From the sequence record SRR20825006_2688: DNA of 37,187 nt; one strand, 5' to 3'. Below, piece by piece: positions 37,098 to 37,187 of this stretch. The position numbers and the translations under genes were made by a program. The notes beneath the pieces are model-generated. The model saw only the letters and a list, made by a program, of their open reading frames with translations, ran no database searches and was not told the origin of the DNA. The stretch's first letter is position 1, and each line of letters starts with the position of its first letter.

Positions 37098-37187
37098 CTA
37101 ACAGCCTGTTGATTTAGTCGTACACCGGGTGACAACAATTAGCCGATGGGCGTTAGTCCCGGTTGGCGTCTGACTAACCGCCGCTAA
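37098..37187. mobile_element. Left part of the MITE-like/REPIN-like repeat, truncated by the window end
   Basis: CTAACAGCCTGTTGATTTA at 37098-37116 (putative left TIR), then 37139-37187 matching bases 1-49 at 46/49. Confidence 0.7.

Noticed and set aside
1-37187. Terminal 49-bp direct repeat as evidence of a circular plasmid/phage or a 37-kb composite transposon
   Set aside because: The copies differ at 3 of 49 positions, there are no replication, phage or integrase genes, and the content is chromosomal. A contig bounded by a multicopy repeat is the simpler explanation.

Overview
This is a 37.2 kb bacterial chromosomal segment, almost certainly from a marine planctomycete of the Rhodopirellula type. 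That is inferred from the planctomycete LExRxLLA export motif, the ECF sigma/Ser-Thr kinase pair, the WPxFxGP beta-propeller and three sulfatases. The left part (0.1-13 kb) carries a Ser/Thr kinase, a dockerin-bearing heme peroxidase, an ECF sigma factor, a PQQ-like propeller, a 5-PAS hybrid histidine kinase and a prenyltransferase-repeat protein. The middle (13-18.6 kb) is a small cluster (Zn-peptidase-like, AI-2E, EcsC, small conserved protein, alpha/beta hydrolase) with three sigma-54-like promoters. The right part (18.8-36.8 kb) is an L-rhamnose / sulfated-glycan utilisation locus: GH78, a DUF1080-sulfatase fusion, two more sulfatases, an aldehyde dehydrogenase, a two-domain class II aldolase, a RhaS-like regulator, rhaA, and an NCS1-like permease with a small membrane partner. 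Its two minus-strand units share a candidate activator-site/promoter architecture. The locus is interrupted by a REP-associated tyrosine transposase flanked by 111-bp direct repeats built from two covarying REP classes. The two window ends carry complementary parts of the same MITE-like element. No rRNA, tRNA or CRISPR array was recognised. All family assignments come from motifs read by eye, not from database searches.
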